Shown in pieces: positions 63,000 through 64,000 of a stretch of DNA of 64,000 bases; position 1 is the first letter of the stretch; each line of letters starts with the position of its first letter. The stretch comes from Laetmonice hystrix (lineage: Eukaryota). The notes below the pieces were generated by a model. That model did not search any database, had not been told where the DNA came from, and saw only the letters and a program-made list of their open reading frames with translations. The stretch covers positions 29,080,001 to 29,144,000 of the forward strand of contig OZ249436.1 in the NCBI GenBank assembly GCA_965235115.1, read 5' to 3'. The position numbers and the translations under genes are program-made.

Positions 63000-63985
63000 T
63001 AAAATGCGATAGTGATGAGGAGTTCTTGATTTCCATTGGCAGTTCGTTCCAAAGTTTATTATCCAAATACCTTATGCTTTTAAATCCATATTAAACAGTT
63101 TTGCACCTATTCTGTGTCAATCTATTCTTGTCTCTGAAAGTATAATATGTAATACGTATTTCAAACACACATTTATATATCTCAATGGATCACGTTTTAA
63201 TTATCTCTATTAGCAGTGTATTCTTATTAGTTTTACTTAATAAATCACTATAAGAAGACGAGAAGTAAGTCACAAATTTCAAGACAGCTTTTCAAGTTTT
63301 GACATTCTTCCTTTGCCACTGAGCATCCATACCCGAGGACAGTATGTGAAGTTTGACTGAATAAAAGAATCATATATGACCTGTTTTGTTCAAGAATTAA
63401 GATTTTGCAATATTCGAAAAAGTGCATTTAACAGATTTCCCGTCTTTCTACATATTCTGTCAATGTGTTTCTCAAAACTCAAATTCTTGTCAACATCAAT
63501 ACCTAGGATGTTTACATAGTCTTCACTATCGATTTCATAATTTGCTACTGTAAATTTAGATAAACCACGTGTGTATTTCCCAATAACAATAGAGTCAAAT
63601 TTTTCAGGATTTGCTTTCATACCATTTACATGGAACCATTAGAAAGTTTTTGTACATTAGTTTTCCAGTGTAGCTTTTATGTCATCAATAACTGAATGAC
63701 ACGACACGACTCATGATAAAAGTCGTTGATGAAGAGGTTAAACATCATGAGCCCAAGGACTGAGACTTCGGGCACACCTTTGGTGACAGATAACCATTTA
63801 CTGTGTGAGTCCTTGACCTTGTCACATTGTTTTCTGTCTTGGAGGTAGTTCCACATAAGAGAGTAAGCACTGTATTTCATACCATATGCCTGAAGTTTGG
63901 CAATTAGTAGACCATGTGGAGTTGCATAAAAAGCCTGAGAAAGGTCCCAGTGCCTGCCATATGAAATGAGCAGGGGAGCCATCAA
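63000..63985 (-). mobile_element. Degraded LINE reverse-transcriptase fragment (CR1/L2-like)
   Basis: DLSQAF..PHGLLIAKLQAYG..NYLQDRKQ..GVPEVSVLGLMMFNLFINDF; WFHVNGMKANPEKF; LGIDVDKNLSFEKHIDRICRK. Stops and frameshifts present. Confidence 0.85.
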
Positions 63986-64000
63986 TCGCTCCCGTATGTC

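Overview
Gene-dense eukaryotic window, apparently from an invertebrate animal (spliceosomal introns, many DNA-transposon MITEs, poly-C tracts). I rebuilt six host genes exon by exon, on strictly alternating strands: MRPS16 (+), a CIB2/3-like EF-hand gene (-), LRRC61 (+), TAF1C (-), ANAPC11 (+) and SNRNP35 (-). They are followed by an intact spliced THAP-domain DDE transposase gene of Kolobok type (+). Also present: a decayed full-length PIF/Harbinger element, a LINE RT fragment, and many nested non-autonomous elements. Main observation: ANAPC11 cannot be spliced in frame with canonical sites unless a single-nucleotide exon (G at 40567, context ttcaag|G|gtaagt) is included. This gives exactly the conserved 84-aa protein and, as I recall, falls in the same codon as the 1-nt exon reported in Arabidopsis APC11. 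TAF1C carries a U12-type intron and MRPS16 a GC-AG intron. Gene names come from my recall of the human orthologues, not from database searches.
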